Of a stretch of 64,000 nt of DNA, positions 31,133 to 41,860 are shown piece after piece. This DNA is from Candidatus Scalinduaceae bacterium. Lineage in GTDB: Bacteria > Planctomycetota > Brocadiia > Brocadiales > Scalinduaceae. The notes beneath the pieces were generated by a model, which saw nothing but the letters and a program-made list of their open reading frames with translations, was not told the origin of the DNA and made no database searches. A program made the position numbers and the translations under genes. How positions within the stretch are numbered: position 1 is the stretch's first letter; every line of letters begins with the position of its first letter. The DNA lies in the NCBI GenBank assembly GCA_046759445.1, contig JBHICG010000002.1:1-64000 (forward strand). The letters are read 5' to 3'.

Positions 31133-31843
31133 TTGGTGCTTTTCGTTTAGGAAAAGTATGCGGCCACAATTTGAACAAAGAACGAGTTCTCTGCCACCCA
31201 TGAGAGAGTTTAGGGTTTGTAATCTTATATTCATAAAACAACTACCACATACATTATCAACCACCTCTGCAATAGCTTTCCCATCCTTAATATTTGATAA
31301 TCTCTGGTAATGATATAAAGTATCCTCATCTAGCAAATTTGAGTATTCTTCCTGATCACTCTGCAGTTTTTGGATTTCCTCATCTGTTTCTTTTATATCT
31401 GTATCTACGCTTTTAATGAATTCTTTTAATCTTGTTTCATCATGTTTTAATTCTTCTGTCAATTTCTTATATTCTTTATCAATTATTTCCAATTTTGACA
31501 TCAGGTTTAAAATATCATCCTCCAGCAAGGACTTATCGGCCTTTTTACAGCTTATTTCAGAACTTAATGCGCTGTACTCCCTATTTGTTTTAATCTGGTT
31601 TAGTTGAACATTGAGCTTATTGATTTCCTCCTCATCAGTTTTTAAATCAAGGTCTTTTTTATCAATTTCTTTTTGTATTGATAACAATTCATTGTGTTTT
31701 TGCTCGGAAGAATATCCTTTACTTTTTATTTGATCCTCTTCTTTTTGAATTTCTTTTTTTCTGTGTTCCCTGTATTCTTCTAATTCGCTTATCTTGTTTC
31801 TCAGTAATTGTAATCTTTTTAATACTTCTAACCTTTCAACCAT
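31118..31843 (-). CDS. C4-type zinc-ribbon coiled-coil protein (DUF164)
   Basis: Long coiled coil, KTNREY, CGSC...CSNCGRIL. Confidence 0.9.
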   Translation of the reverse strand: MVERLEVLKRLQLLRNKISELEEYREHRKKEIQKEEDQIKSKGYSSEQKHNELLSIQKEIDKKDLDLKTDEEEINKLNVQLNQIKTNREYSALSSEISCKKADKSLLEDDILNLMSKLEIIDKEYKKLTEELKHDETRLKEFIKSVDTDIKETDEEIQKLQSDQEEYSNLLDEDTLYHYQRLSNIKDGKAIAEVVDNVCGSCFMNIRLQTLNSLMGGRELVLCSNCGRILFLNEKHQFRSR

Positions 31844-31885
31844 AAAGTTTCCTGAGTATTTAATGCATTACCGTAGCAACTTATT

Positions 31886-33544
31886 TTACTTGCTTTCGCC
31901 AACACTATCTAAAAATCCTTCTAACATTCGGCTTCTTACTGGATGTTGTAGTTTTCTGACAGCCTTTGCTTCTATTTGTCTTACCCTTTCACGTGTTACC
32001 ATAAATTTTTTGCCGACTTCCTCGAGTGTATATGTATAACCATCTCCAATACCATAGCGAAGCTTAATTATTTCTCGCTCCCGATATGTTAGTGTATCAA
32101 GTACACTTTCAATCTTTTCTTTAAGCATCTCTTGTGCAGCTGCTGATACAGGAGAATCTGATTTCTCGTCTTCTATAAAGTCGCCGAATGAGCTATCCTC
32201 ACTTTCTCCAATTGTCCTGTCAAGAGAAATTTGATGTCTAGAGATTTTAAGTACTCTTCTTGCTTCAGAGATTGGTATCTTCACTTCCTTTGCAATCTCT
32301 TCAATTCCTGGGCTTCTACCTCTTTCTTGTAATAGTTTTTTTGAAACATTCCTTATTTTGCTCATTGTCTCGATCATATGGACGGGAATCCTAATAGTTC
32401 TAGCCTGATCAGCTATTGAACGAGTGATGGCCTGTCTTATCCACCATGTAGCATAAGTGCTAAATTTGTAACCTCTTTTATATTCATACTTATCAACGGC
32501 CCTCATCAATCCTGTATTTCCTTCTTGCATAAGGTCAAGAAAACTTAGACCACGATTTCTATATTTCTTTGCAATACTTACTACCAATCTCAGATTCGCA
32601 CTAGAAAGTTCTCTCTTCGCAGCTTCATGTTCCTTGTAAATCCTTTCGATGGATTCAATACGTTGTCTTAATTTTTCTGGGTACTCAAGTGTTAAGTTCT
32701 CAAATTCGCCAAGTCTAGATTTCAATTCTCGCAATTTGCCATTCCATTTGCCTTGCTTTCTATTGCGTAGTTTAATGTGTTTTTCAATATTAGCCATTTC
32801 TTGAGATATTTCCTGTAACCGTTTCATTATCGGTTGTAGTTTCTTGGTACGAATATTTAAATCTTCAAGAATTGCAGAACCTTTTCTTTGGCGATTTCTA
32901 ACGTTTTTCAGAAGTCTTACCCTTTCTTTTGCAGATGTCTTTTTCAGCTTTGCCCTGAGGTAATCTTCGCTATTTTTCTTTATGATTATTTTTAATTTTT
33001 TTGCCTTTTCTGGAAATCGCCTAAGAAGCCTATCTTTATGGTTCTCGAATTCAACATTAATAGCCAATGTACGGTCGAACGGAAGATCACCACTAATAAT
33101 ATCCTCTAAAATCTTTAAGCAAGCTTCTTGTGAAAAGCCGAATTTAAGTATTTTCCTGTGAAAATTCTTTCTGGTCATTTCTATTTTTTTTGCTAACGAT
33201 ATCTCTTTTTCCCGAGATAATAGAGGTATTACTCCCATTTGAGTTAAGTACATTCTTACTGGATCGTCAATTTTTTCCTTAACAGTTTCGACTTGACCCA
33301 ATTCTGCTCCTGCTGTTTCACTTAATTCCTCTTCTTCTGTCTCTATTATATCACGAGTTTCTATCTCGGACTCTTCTATAAGGTCAATCCCTAACTCATC
33401 CAACATCATTAATATTTCATCAATCTTTTCGGGACGCATTAAAGCATCCTCAGGTAAAAAATCATTTAACTCTTCGTAAGTTAAAAATCCTTTCTCTTTA
33501 CCTTTCCGTATAAGAGCCTTAATCTTTTGACTCAGCTTTTCCAT
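31886..33544 (-). CDS. rpoD: RNA polymerase primary sigma factor
   Basis: [43 protein letters not shown]; follows dnaG. Confidence 0.96.
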   Translation of the reverse strand: MEKLSQKIKALIRKGKEKGFLTYEELNDFLPEDALMRPEKIDEILMMLDELGIDLIEESEIETRDIIETEEEELSETAGAELGQVETVKEKIDDPVRMYLTQMGVIPLLSREKEISLAKKIEMTRKNFHRKILKFGFSQEACLKILEDIISGDLPFDRTLAINVEFENHKDRLLRRFPEKAKKLKIIIKKNSEDYLRAKLKKTSAKERVRLLKNVRNRQRKGSAILEDLNIRTKKLQPIMKRLQEISQEMANIEKHIKLRNRKQGKWNGKLRELKSRLGEFENLTLEYPEKLRQRIESIERIYKEHEAAKRELSSANLRLVVSIAKKYRNRGLSFLDLMQEGNTGLMRAVDKYEYKRGYKFSTYATWWIRQAITRSIADQARTIRIPVHMIETMSKIRNVSKKLLQERGRSPGIEEIAKEVKIPISEARRVLKISRHQISLDRTIGESEDSSFGDFIEDEKSDSPVSAAAQEMLKEKIESVLDTLTYREREIIKLRYGIGDGYTYTLEEVGKKFMVTRERVRQIEAKAVRKLQHPVRSRMLEGFLDSVGESK

Positions 33545-33584
33545 TAAAGGTTCTCCCTATTTAATAAAACAAAAATTTTGTTTG

Positions 33585-35423
33585 TCAAGATTTCCTTAAA
33601 GAATGGAAATCCATGCTTTTTTTATGAAATATGGTAAGCAATTTGTCAACTTCTTGTGCAGATTCTTTTGAACTGTCTAGAGCTAACATCCTTTTTTTTG
33701 TGTGTTTTAAATCTTCTAGATTTTTTCTTTTCTTAATAAATTGAATACATTCATTAAGCAACTTTTCTCCGTTTTGGTCTAGTTCCATTATGCTGTTTTC
33801 TTCTAATGTACTTTGCTTTGAAATTATATCAATTAAACCTCTGCTCATTTCTGTAGTGTTTAACATATGAGAAATATCACTAAGCCCTACCTGTCCTTCT
33901 TGTGAATAAATCTCTGATATTCTTTCGGCTATGCATCGAAGTCTCTCATTACTAAAACTATTAAAGCCGATATCTGATTCTATCTTTTTAATTAAATCAT
34001 TCTTGGTTAGCATTATGCCTAAGATTGTCATTTCTACAGTTTCTGCCCGATATGAGTTTGGTTTTATTTTATTTTTTAAAGAAGCGTCTAATGTTCTGTC
34101 GTACAACTTCGTTCTATTCATTTCATTCTTTTGTAAAGACTTAAATCTGGCTAAATGTTTACGCAAAATATCTTCTTCTATGGACATTTCTTCTGCAATC
34201 CTCTTGATAGTTAATTCGCGCTTTAAAATATTAGGAATTTTCATAGCCGTTGAGAAAATATCTTCTATTGCCGATGTTTTTCCTGAAACTGAAGAAATAT
34301 TCCATTTATCTTTTGAAAGTTTTATTTTAAAACTGAAAAAATCATATGCTTTCTCCACTTGTTTTAAAAACCTTTGCACACCCTTTTTAACAAGATAATC
34401 GCATGGATCATAATTTTCAGGCAAAAGAACAACGCTTACTTCGAAATCTTCCTCGATGAAAATATCTAAATTTCTTTCTGAAGATTTTTGGCCTGCAGTA
34501 TCGGCATCAAATACTAATACGGCTTTGTCGCAGTAACGTCTTAATAACCTAACGTGCTCGCGAGTCAATGCCGTACCAAGTATTGCAATTGACCAGTCTA
34601 TTCCACATTGATGTGCCATTATAACATCTGTATAGCCTTCCATAAGCAATACCTTACGATTTTTCATTATGGAATTTTTTGCCAAGTTAATTCCATAAAG
34701 TGTCTTGCTTTTATTAAAAATCGGGGTTTCTGGCGAGTTGAGATACTTGGGCAAAGAATTATCTAGTGCCCTTGCTCCAAATCCTACAGGTCTGTTTTGA
34801 AGATCAAAGATTGGAAACATTAATCTATTACGGAAACGGTCGTAGAAAGCATTATCCTCTTTTCTTAATAGAAGCCCTGCCTTTTCAAGCACTTCTGTGC
34901 TTATATTCCACTCTTTTGAATGCGTCAGTATTGAATTCCAACGATTAGGAGAATATCCCAATCTAAATTTTCTAATTGATTCGTCATTTATAAACCTGTT
35001 TGAGACGTAATCTTTTGAACGTTTACCCTCACTGGTTTTCAATAGCATTTTACTGAAAAAAAATGCTGCCTCTTCATTGGCTTCGTACAATACACTTATT
35101 TCCTGCCTTTTTTCATTTGTAACAAAATCATCAATCTTAATATTTGCCTTTTCAGCAAGAAGTTTAACTGCTTCTGGAAATGCCAAACCTTCCTGTTTCA
35201 TCAGAAAATTAAAAACGGTTCCACCCTCCCCACAGCCAAAACATTTGTAAATTTGCTTTTCTACATTAATAGTAAAAGATGGCGTTTTTTCGTGATGAAA
35301 AGGACATAAACCTATAAAATTCCTCCCTTTTTGCTTGAGAGGGATATAATCAGAAACAACGTCAAATATGTTTAGGGTTCTTTGTATTTCAGAAATTTTT
35401 TCGGGGGGGATATAGATAGCCAT
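33585..35423 (-). CDS. dnaG: DNA primase
   Basis: CPFHHEKTPSF..CFGC, KYLNSPET, EGYTDV, FDAD.AG. Confidence 0.97.
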   Translation of the reverse strand: MAIYIPPEKISEIQRTLNIFDVVSDYIPLKQKGRNFIGLCPFHHEKTPSFTINVEKQIYKCFGCGEGGTVFNFLMKQEGLAFPEAVKLLAEKANIKIDDFVTNEKRQEISVLYEANEEAAFFFSKMLLKTSEGKRSKDYVSNRFINDESIRKFRLGYSPNRWNSILTHSKEWNISTEVLEKAGLLLRKEDNAFYDRFRNRLMFPIFDLQNRPVGFGARALDNSLPKYLNSPETPIFNKSKTLYGINLAKNSIMKNRKVLLMEGYTDVIMAHQCGIDWSIAILGTALTREHVRLLRRYCDKAVLVFDADTAGQKSSERNLDIFIEEDFEVSVVLLPENYDPCDYLVKKGVQRFLKQVEKAYDFFSFKIKLSKDKWNISSVSGKTSAIEDIFSTAMKIPNILKRELTIKRIAEEMSIEEDILRKHLARFKSLQKNEMNRTKLYDRTLDASLKNKIKPNSYRAETVEMTILGIMLTKNDLIKKIESDIGFNSFSNERLRCIAERISEIYSQEGQVGLSDISHMLNTTEMSRGLIDIISKQSTLEENSIMELDQNGEKLLNECIQFIKKRKNLEDLKHTKKRMLALDSSKESAQEVDKLLTIFHKKSMDFHSLRKS

Positions 35424-35865
35424 AACAAAATTTACTTATGATATCATATAAAATATAAAAGTCAATACTTATGTTGTTTAAGTTGTTTAATAAAAAAATG
35501 AAAATGTATATATTTTTATTTACATTTTTTAAGTATACTCTGGTTAAAATGGGGCTAAAAATCTTAGCAAATATAACTTTATTTTATAACATATTTAATA
35601 ATGTTTAAGTTCCTACTACCATCTACCATTTTAGATTTATTATATAATTATTTGGAATTTGCCATAACTTCTGTTTAGTTATTGCCTTACAAGTGTTGCA
35701 GGTGGAGAAAAGATTACGTGGGATTTATGTGATAAATTTTGGCAGACTATCCGTCATGCCAGGTTTTTGTCTTATTTGTCTAGGTGATTGATTCAATCCA
35801 GGATGTCTAAGCAAGGCAAGGGGCTTTAACCTAATAATTTATGTTTGCTTCTTTATATAGTAATT

Positions 35866-37284
35866 TTAACAGGATAAATTCACAGCCATCTGGCGAACGT
35901 GCTCTTTAAATCTTTTGCCTCTTTCTTCGTAGTTTGTAAACATGTCATAACTGGCACACGCTGGAGATAGTAAAACTACATCGCCGTGTCTGGCAATTGT
36001 ATTTGCCTTACGTACCGAATCATTAAGAGAAGGCGATAAGTAAATATCAGGCTTTGCATACTTGCTTCTTATGTTCTGGATAAGCTTCTGTATATTTTTG
36101 GCGGTTTCTCCGATTAAGATCACGCTTTTTGTATTTTTTGCGCATTCCCGTGCAAATTGATTAAGGTTTATTCCCTTATCATAACCTCCTGCAATTAATA
36201 TTATGGGATTTTCAAAGGCCTTTATTCCTGCAATAGATGCTTCTGGTGTTGTAGCCTTTGAGTCGTTGTAATATTGTATCCCATTAATCTTGCTTACGAA
36301 TTCCAGTCTATGTTCAAGTCCTGAAAAATTTATAACGGCATTTTTAATAGACCCAGCATTTGCACCAATTATGTTTGCCACACATGCTGCTGCCATTATG
36401 TTTTGTATGTTATGAATACCCTTAATCTTAATTCCTGATAAACAAGAAATAACGGTCTTTTTTAAATTATAGTTGATAATAATTTCATTATTGTGCGGGA
36501 AGGCACCCCATTTCAATTCTCTCTTGGTGCTATACCATAAGATATTGCTTTTACATTCGCTTCCCCACTTTCTCAATACTTGATCATCATAATTCAGTAT
36601 GGCAAAATCACCTTCCTTTTGATAAAGAATGATAGTCTTTTTAGCATCAATATAATCTTTTATATTCTTATGTCTGTCAAGGTGGTTTGGAGCTATATTG
36701 GTAACTACACTTACATGAGGACTCAACTTTATCTTACTGAGATTATCAAGTTGAAAACTTGATATCTCAAGGACAACCATATCACGCGGTTTTATTTCCT
36801 CAATATGTTCCAGTAATGATATGCCTATATTTCCTCCCACCCAAGTGCGAAATCCTGCCTCTTTCAACATATTTCCGATTAATGATGTAGTCGTGGATTT
36901 TCCATTGCTCCCCGTAATCCCAACAATTGGCGCTGGGCAAAGCTTAAAGAATATGTTCAATTCTGTATCAATGTGGACGTTGTTATCTTTAGCTATTTGT
37001 AAGAATTTCGATTCATTCGGTATCGCAGGATTAACAATTAACAGGTCTACATCAGAAAAATCTTCCTCAAGGTGTTTCCCTAGCCTATATTTAACTGGCA
37101 AACCGTCTAGCAATTTTAGAGATTGCGATAACTCTTCAGCGCTTTTCAAGTCTGTTACCGTTACATTTGCATCTTGAGAAACAAGAAATTTAGTAATGCC
37201 AACACCTCCGCCAAATAGTCCTAATCCCATTACGGTTGTCTTTTTGTTTCTAAAACAATCTTTTGGTGTAGTTTTTTTGTCCAT
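35866..37284 (-). CDS. murD: UDP-N-acetylmuramoyl-L-alanine--D-glutamate ligase
   Basis: GITGSNGKSTT, LEISSFQL, HRLE, NDSKAT, LSPACASYD. Confidence 0.96.
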   Translation of the reverse strand: MDKKTTPKDCFRNKKTTVMGLGLFGGGVGITKFLVSQDANVTVTDLKSAEELSQSLKLLDGLPVKYRLGKHLEEDFSDVDLLIVNPAIPNESKFLQIAKDNNVHIDTELNIFFKLCPAPIVGITGSNGKSTTTSLIGNMLKEAGFRTWVGGNIGISLLEHIEEIKPRDMVVLEISSFQLDNLSKIKLSPHVSVVTNIAPNHLDRHKNIKDYIDAKKTIILYQKEGDFAILNYDDQVLRKWGSECKSNILWYSTKRELKWGAFPHNNEIIINYNLKKTVISCLSGIKIKGIHNIQNIMAAACVANIIGANAGSIKNAVINFSGLEHRLEFVSKINGIQYYNDSKATTPEASIAGIKAFENPIILIAGGYDKGINLNQFARECAKNTKSVILIGETAKNIQKLIQNIRSKYAKPDIYLSPSLNDSVRKANTIARHGDVVLLSPACASYDMFTNYEERGKRFKEHVRQMAVNLSC

Positions 37285-37296
37285 AATCGGTGTTAT

Positions 37297-37908
37297 TTAT
37301 CCTAATTTGCTCTTAATTGCATCCATTACTTGATTTGTTACTCTATCGAAAAAATCATGTTTGGATTGAATATCTACGAATTTGTGTTTATCAATTGTAA
37401 TTGGTTTATGGTAATAGACAGAAATCTTTCCTGGATGTGGTAGCTTTTTGTGCTTTGGCCATGTTTCATAAGCGCCAACTATAGTAACAGGAATAATACT
37501 GGCATTTGTCTTGGATGCAATCCTGGCAATACCTAACTTAAACTTCTTAACCTTTCCGTCAATACTTCTTCCGCCTTCTGGAAAGATAATCAAGGCCTTT
37601 CCAGCATTCAGGGTTTCAAGGGCTTTAATATAAGCGCTCTTATCGACCTTAGATATTTCCACGGGGAAAGCGCCTAAAAAACGTATTATTTTTCCAAAAA
37701 TGGGTATGGAAAAAAGCCTTCCCCATGCCATGGCTTCCATATTTCTCCTGATACCAATAGCAACAATTACTGGATCGTAATAAGTTATATGATTAGGGGC
37801 TACAATAATAGGCCCATTGGCGGGAATGTTTTCACAACCATAAAACGCAATTCTATGAAAAACCTTAAAATAGAGAAGAGGTATCCATCTAAGAAGTTTA
37901 AATTTCAT
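37297..37908 (-). CDS. plsC: 1-acyl-sn-glycerol-3-phosphate acyltransferase family
   Basis: NHITYYD (NHxxxxD), IFPEGGRS. Confidence 0.88.
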   Translation of the reverse strand: MKFKLLRWIPLLYFKVFHRIAFYGCENIPANGPIIVAPNHITYYDPVIVAIGIRRNMEAMAWGRLFSIPIFGKIIRFLGAFPVEISKVDKSAYIKALETLNAGKALIIFPEGGRSIDGKVKKFKLGIARIASKTNASIIPVTIVGAYETWPKHKKLPHPGKISVYYHKPITIDKHKFVDIQSKHDFFDRVTNQVMDAIKSKLG

Positions 37909-38103
37909 ATTCGAAATAAATAATTGACACTTATCCTATGCCACAGTAAAATCCCTATCAAATAAGTATAAATTAAGATAACACTTCTAATAAATCAAGC
38001 ATAAACCCCAATAGGTATCACCTATCTAATGGGGAAAATACTGTCAGCGTCTGTTCTATATGTATCACTGATTTTACAGGTGGTTATAATTAATGGAGTA
38101 AAT

Positions 38104-38943
38104 ATGCTTAAGGAAAGAATAGGCTTTATTGGTGGAGGGAAGATGGGTGAGGCCCTGGTTAAGGGTATCCTTAAGGCGAATCTTAGTGCCATAGATAGGA
38201 TTATGATCAGTGACGTAGACAAAAAGAGATGTCAAATAATAGAAAACGAAACCAGAATACAAACCACACAAGAAAATAGAAAAGTAACGTCCAATTCTGA
38301 TATTATAATTCTTGCTGTCAAACCAAATATGATGGGTGACATCATGGAGGAGTTAAAGAGTGATTTAACTCCCAAACATCTAGTTGTTTCTATAGCAGCC
38401 GGAATCCCTTTGTATTTCATAGAATCACACTTAAACAAAGACTGTAGAGTTGTCAGAGTTATGCCTAATACGCCATGTCTTGTAGGTGAGACTGCCGCTG
38501 GTTATGCATTGGGGAAAAATGCCACTCAGAATGATGGGAAATTAGTTGGTGAGATTTTTGACGCAGTGGGCAAGTCTTATTTGTTAGAAGAAAAATATCT
38601 AGATGCCGTTACGGGTTTAAGTGGGAGCGGACCTGCCTTTGTATATATGGTTATTGAAGCATTATCAGATGGCGGAGTTAAGATGGGTTTGCCAAGGGAT
38701 GTATCAACGGCACTTGCCGCACAAACAGTTCTTGGCGCTGCAAAGATGGTATTAAAGTCTGGCATGCATACTGGTGAACTCAAGGATTCTGTTACCTCTC
38801 CGGAAGGGACTACAATAGAGGGTATTCATGCCTTGGAAAAAGGGGGTATCAGGAATGCGCTGATAGACGCAGTTGAAGCTGCTACTAAAAAATCCAAAAA
38901 ACTGGGGAAAACATTATCAAAACAAAGTTACGAAAAAAACTGA
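38104..38943 (+). CDS. proC: Pyrroline-5-carboxylate reductase
   Basis: IGFIGGGKMG, RVMPNTP, SGSGPAF, VTSPEGTT; ATG 38104 has a GGAG RBS. Confidence 0.96.
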   Translation: MLKERIGFIGGGKMGEALVKGILKANLSAIDRIMISDVDKKRCQIIENETRIQTTQENRKVTSNSDIIILAVKPNMMGDIMEELKSDLTPKHLVVSIAAGIPLYFIESHLNKDCRVVRVMPNTPCLVGETAAGYALGKNATQNDGKLVGEIFDAVGKSYLLEEKYLDAVTGLSGSGPAFVYMVIEALSDGGVKMGLPRDVSTALAAQTVLGAAKMVLKSGMHTGELKDSVTSPEGTTIEGIHALEKGGIRNALIDAVEAATKKSKKLGKTLSKQSYEKN

Positions 38944-39147
38944 TTTAGGTTTTTAGGACAACGAAACATCGAAACGAAGCAAATACACAGATATGGTTAT
39001 TGTGTTAATTTTGAACAAAAAATCTTTTCGAATATGTAAATAGTTTTTTTACAATTATTAATTTAATCGATTTAAAAATTCATGAAGACATGTGTGACTC
39101 ATTTCTTAGAGTATGTCATGCCATTTTGGTGAACAGAAGAATACAAT

Positions 39148-39996
39148 TTAATTTTTATTTATGATGTTCCATACCTTTTCTGCAATCTCTTTCTTAGGTA
39201 AAATTTGATTGTTTATTGTACAACCAATTGTGAACCAGCTACTATCTTCCTTAGCAAGATATGTGTATATGTCTTGAACCTTCTTTAAATAATTTATATC
39301 TTCTTCATGTAAATCCGCTTCTGGTTTGAACCCCTGACTGCCTTTAACTCTAGCCTTGATTAATTCTTGTGAAACATCTATGGATACATGAAGATAAATG
39401 GTTAGGTTAGGCCTGGGGATAGCATACACTTTATATTCAAGTTCTTCTATCCATTTAAAAAATTTGTTTCGTTCACCGATGTCTTTAATCTTTGCTCCCT
39501 GATGTGCCATATTAGAACAAACGTATCGGTTAGATATAATTATGTTTCCTTCATCGAGCCAATTGTCCAGCTGATCTTTCATTTCCCATCTATCACCCGC
39601 ATAAAGCAGAGAAGAAAGGTATGGGTTTACCTCATCAACCTTTGATTCAATTCCTTCGGTGTTTGTAATTTTAGTCAAAAATTTGTTTGAGGTCAGATCA
39701 GATCTATAATTTCTTTTCTTGGGAAGTGGGTAATTTTTTAGATGTTTTTTTAATTCTTGCGGCCACCCAAATTCACCATTCAGATATCTTTCGATCATAT
39801 CTGCAAAAAACGACTTGCCATATTGTGGAAAATCAGTCATTTGTACCTGATAACCTGCTTTCAGCAACCTTTCCACAAGTAGATGAGTTTGAACTGTCTT
39901 TCCACTCCCATCAGTACCCTCTACAACAATAAGTTTGCCCCTCCGCTTGCTATCATTCTGGTGGGTGGGCAAGCTATGAGGTGAATTCATAATCAA
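39148..39996 (-). CDS. tmk: Thymidylate kinase with internal insertion
   Basis: EGTDGSGKT P-loop, FPQY, LLYAGDR, NRYV.SN. Confidence 0.9.
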   Translation of the reverse strand: MIMNSPHSLPTHQNDSKRRGKLIVVEGTDGSGKTVQTHLLVERLLKAGYQVQMTDFPQYGKSFFADMIERYLNGEFGWPQELKKHLKNYPLPKKRNYRSDLTSNKFLTKITNTEGIESKVDEVNPYLSSLLYAGDRWEMKDQLDNWLDEGNIIISNRYVCSNMAHQGAKIKDIGERNKFFKWIEELEYKVYAIPRPNLTIYLHVSIDVSQELIKARVKGSQGFKPEADLHEEDINYLKKVQDIYTYLAKEDSSWFTIGCTINNQILPKKEIAEKVWNIINKN

Positions 39997-40349
39997 AACC
40001 TTTCATTTTCTAAGACAGGATTTTTAGTATAATATCAATTCTTGTGTCAACTTTTTAAAGGTTTACGTATAATCATGAACTGTGTTATTCAGCCTTTTGT
40101 CATCCTTGTGGAAGCAGGAATCTATCTTCATTTTGCGACAACTACATTGGGATTCCACTTTCTCTGCATGAACGAATCGTTTGGATAAGCCATATAGTAT
40201 CAATGTCTTAATAAAAATCAATTGATTTGTTATTATTAATTTAGGGTTAGGTATAGCGGTTAGGATTTTTGAAGTAGTATTAAAAAAATTGGTGCGTGAT
40301 AAAATGTATAATATTGTAAAAGGAATATTTTTTGATATAATTACGCATT

Positions 40350-41849
40350 ATGTATATAAGATTTTTATATTCGTCACAATGTAAGATATTTTGTGTTATT
40401 TTTCTGCTTGTATTCAGTCATAGAGTATTTGCAGGAGATGAAGTTGAAAAGCTAAGACGAGAAATCTTAGAACTGGAAAAGATTGCAAACCCATTTATAC
40501 AGATTTTCCAAAAAGTTTCAAGTTTGGTTGAGCCTTCAGTTGTAAGTATCATAGCAGAAGGTGAACCTGGAACTTCTATGAATCCGCACGATAAGTTGCC
40601 TTCTCCCTTTTCTCTCCCCGAGGAGAATGGGAAGAAAAAACCTAAATCTCATAGGCCAAGCTTTGGTTCAGGAATTATAATAAAAAAGACAGGGTATATT
40701 CTTACTAACTTTCATGTTATAGCTGGTTTTGAAAATGGAAGGATAACCGTAACACTACATAATGGGGATAAATATGATGCTGCAGTCATAGGCAAGGATC
40801 CAAATACAGACTTGGCTATTTTAAAGATAGCCGGCAATAGCCTCAGAGAAGTTACTTTTGGAGACCCAAAGAGCGTAAAGGTTGGAGATTGGGTTATTGC
40901 TATTGGTAATCCTTTTGGATATAGACAAGCCGTTTCAGCAGGCATAATAAGTGCTATAGGGAGAACACATATCACACCATTTCCCAAACCTTTTGCGTAT
41001 GAAAATTTTATTCAGACTGACGCAGCAATAAACCCGGGTAATAGTGGCGGTCCGCTTGTAAATCTACGCGGCCAAGTCATCGGTATTAATTCTGCTATTG
41101 CAACACGAACAGGAGGGTTCCAGGGGGTTGGTTTTGCAATCTCTGCGGAAATAGCAAATGAAGTCATCGATGATCTTATCGAAAAAGGAAGAGTAGTAAG
41201 GGGATATTTAGGTGTCGGAATTCAAGATATCAATGATGGACTTGCCTCGTACCTGAATCTAAAAGATAAAAGTGGTGTATTAAGGCAGTTTAGATTAGAT
41301 TCCGATAAGGGAGCCTTCATATCAGAAGTGTGGCAAAATACTCCTGCATCAAGGGGAGGGATTCATCCTGGAGATGTCATTATTGAGTTTGATGGAAAAA
41401 AGATTCTCAATGCTGATGATCTTCAGAAGGCTATAAGGAATTCGGCCGTTTATAGTAAAGTTAAAGTAAAAGTTATACGTAATAAAAAGAAAGAATTACT
41501 GGTAGTCAAAATAGACCAACAGCCAGGGAACATGTCAGGCAAAACGTTCATAACCGTAAAGGAACCCGAACATACAAGCTTTAGCATGGGTTTAAGTGTT
41601 GAAACCCTGACGTCAGAAAAAGCAGAGGCAATGGGTTGTCAAAAAGGAAGAGGAGTACTTGTAAAACACGTTAAGATAGATAGTCCTGCAGAAAGGGTAG
41701 GCATAATGCCTGGTGACTTAATTTTAAAGGTTGGCTCAAAGGATGTTAATTCAACTGATGAATTCCATTCAGTATTAAGAGGATTTATAGAAAAAGGGTT
41801 GTCTGTTTCTATATTTATTAGATCGAAGGGTTTTATTACCTTGAAATAA
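40350..41849 (+). CDS. HtrA/DegP-family serine protease with two PDZ domains
   Basis: LTNFHV, TDLA, QTDAAINPGNSGGPL. Confidence 0.95.
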   Translation: MYIRFLYSSQCKIFCVIFLLVFSHRVFAGDEVEKLRREILELEKIANPFIQIFQKVSSLVEPSVVSIIAEGEPGTSMNPHDKLPSPFSLPEENGKKKPKSHRPSFGSGIIIKKTGYILTNFHVIAGFENGRITVTLHNGDKYDAAVIGKDPNTDLAILKIAGNSLREVTFGDPKSVKVGDWVIAIGNPFGYRQAVSAGIISAIGRTHITPFPKPFAYENFIQTDAAINPGNSGGPLVNLRGQVIGINSAIATRTGGFQGVGFAISAEIANEVIDDLIEKGRVVRGYLGVGIQDINDGLASYLNLKDKSGVLRQFRLDSDKGAFISEVWQNTPASRGGIHPGDVIIEFDGKKILNADDLQKAIRNSAVYSKVKVKVIRNKKKELLVVKIDQQPGNMSGKTFITVKEPEHTSFSMGLSVETLTSEKAEAMGCQKGRGVLVKHVKIDSPAERVGIMPGDLILKVGSKDVNSTDEFHSVLRGFIEKGLSVSIFIRSKGFITLK

Positions 41850-41860
41850 ATTATCCCCGG

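Noticed and set aside
30857..31310. Plus-strand ORFs of 78 and 89 aa
   Set aside because: Antisense shadows of rnpB and the zinc-ribbon gene
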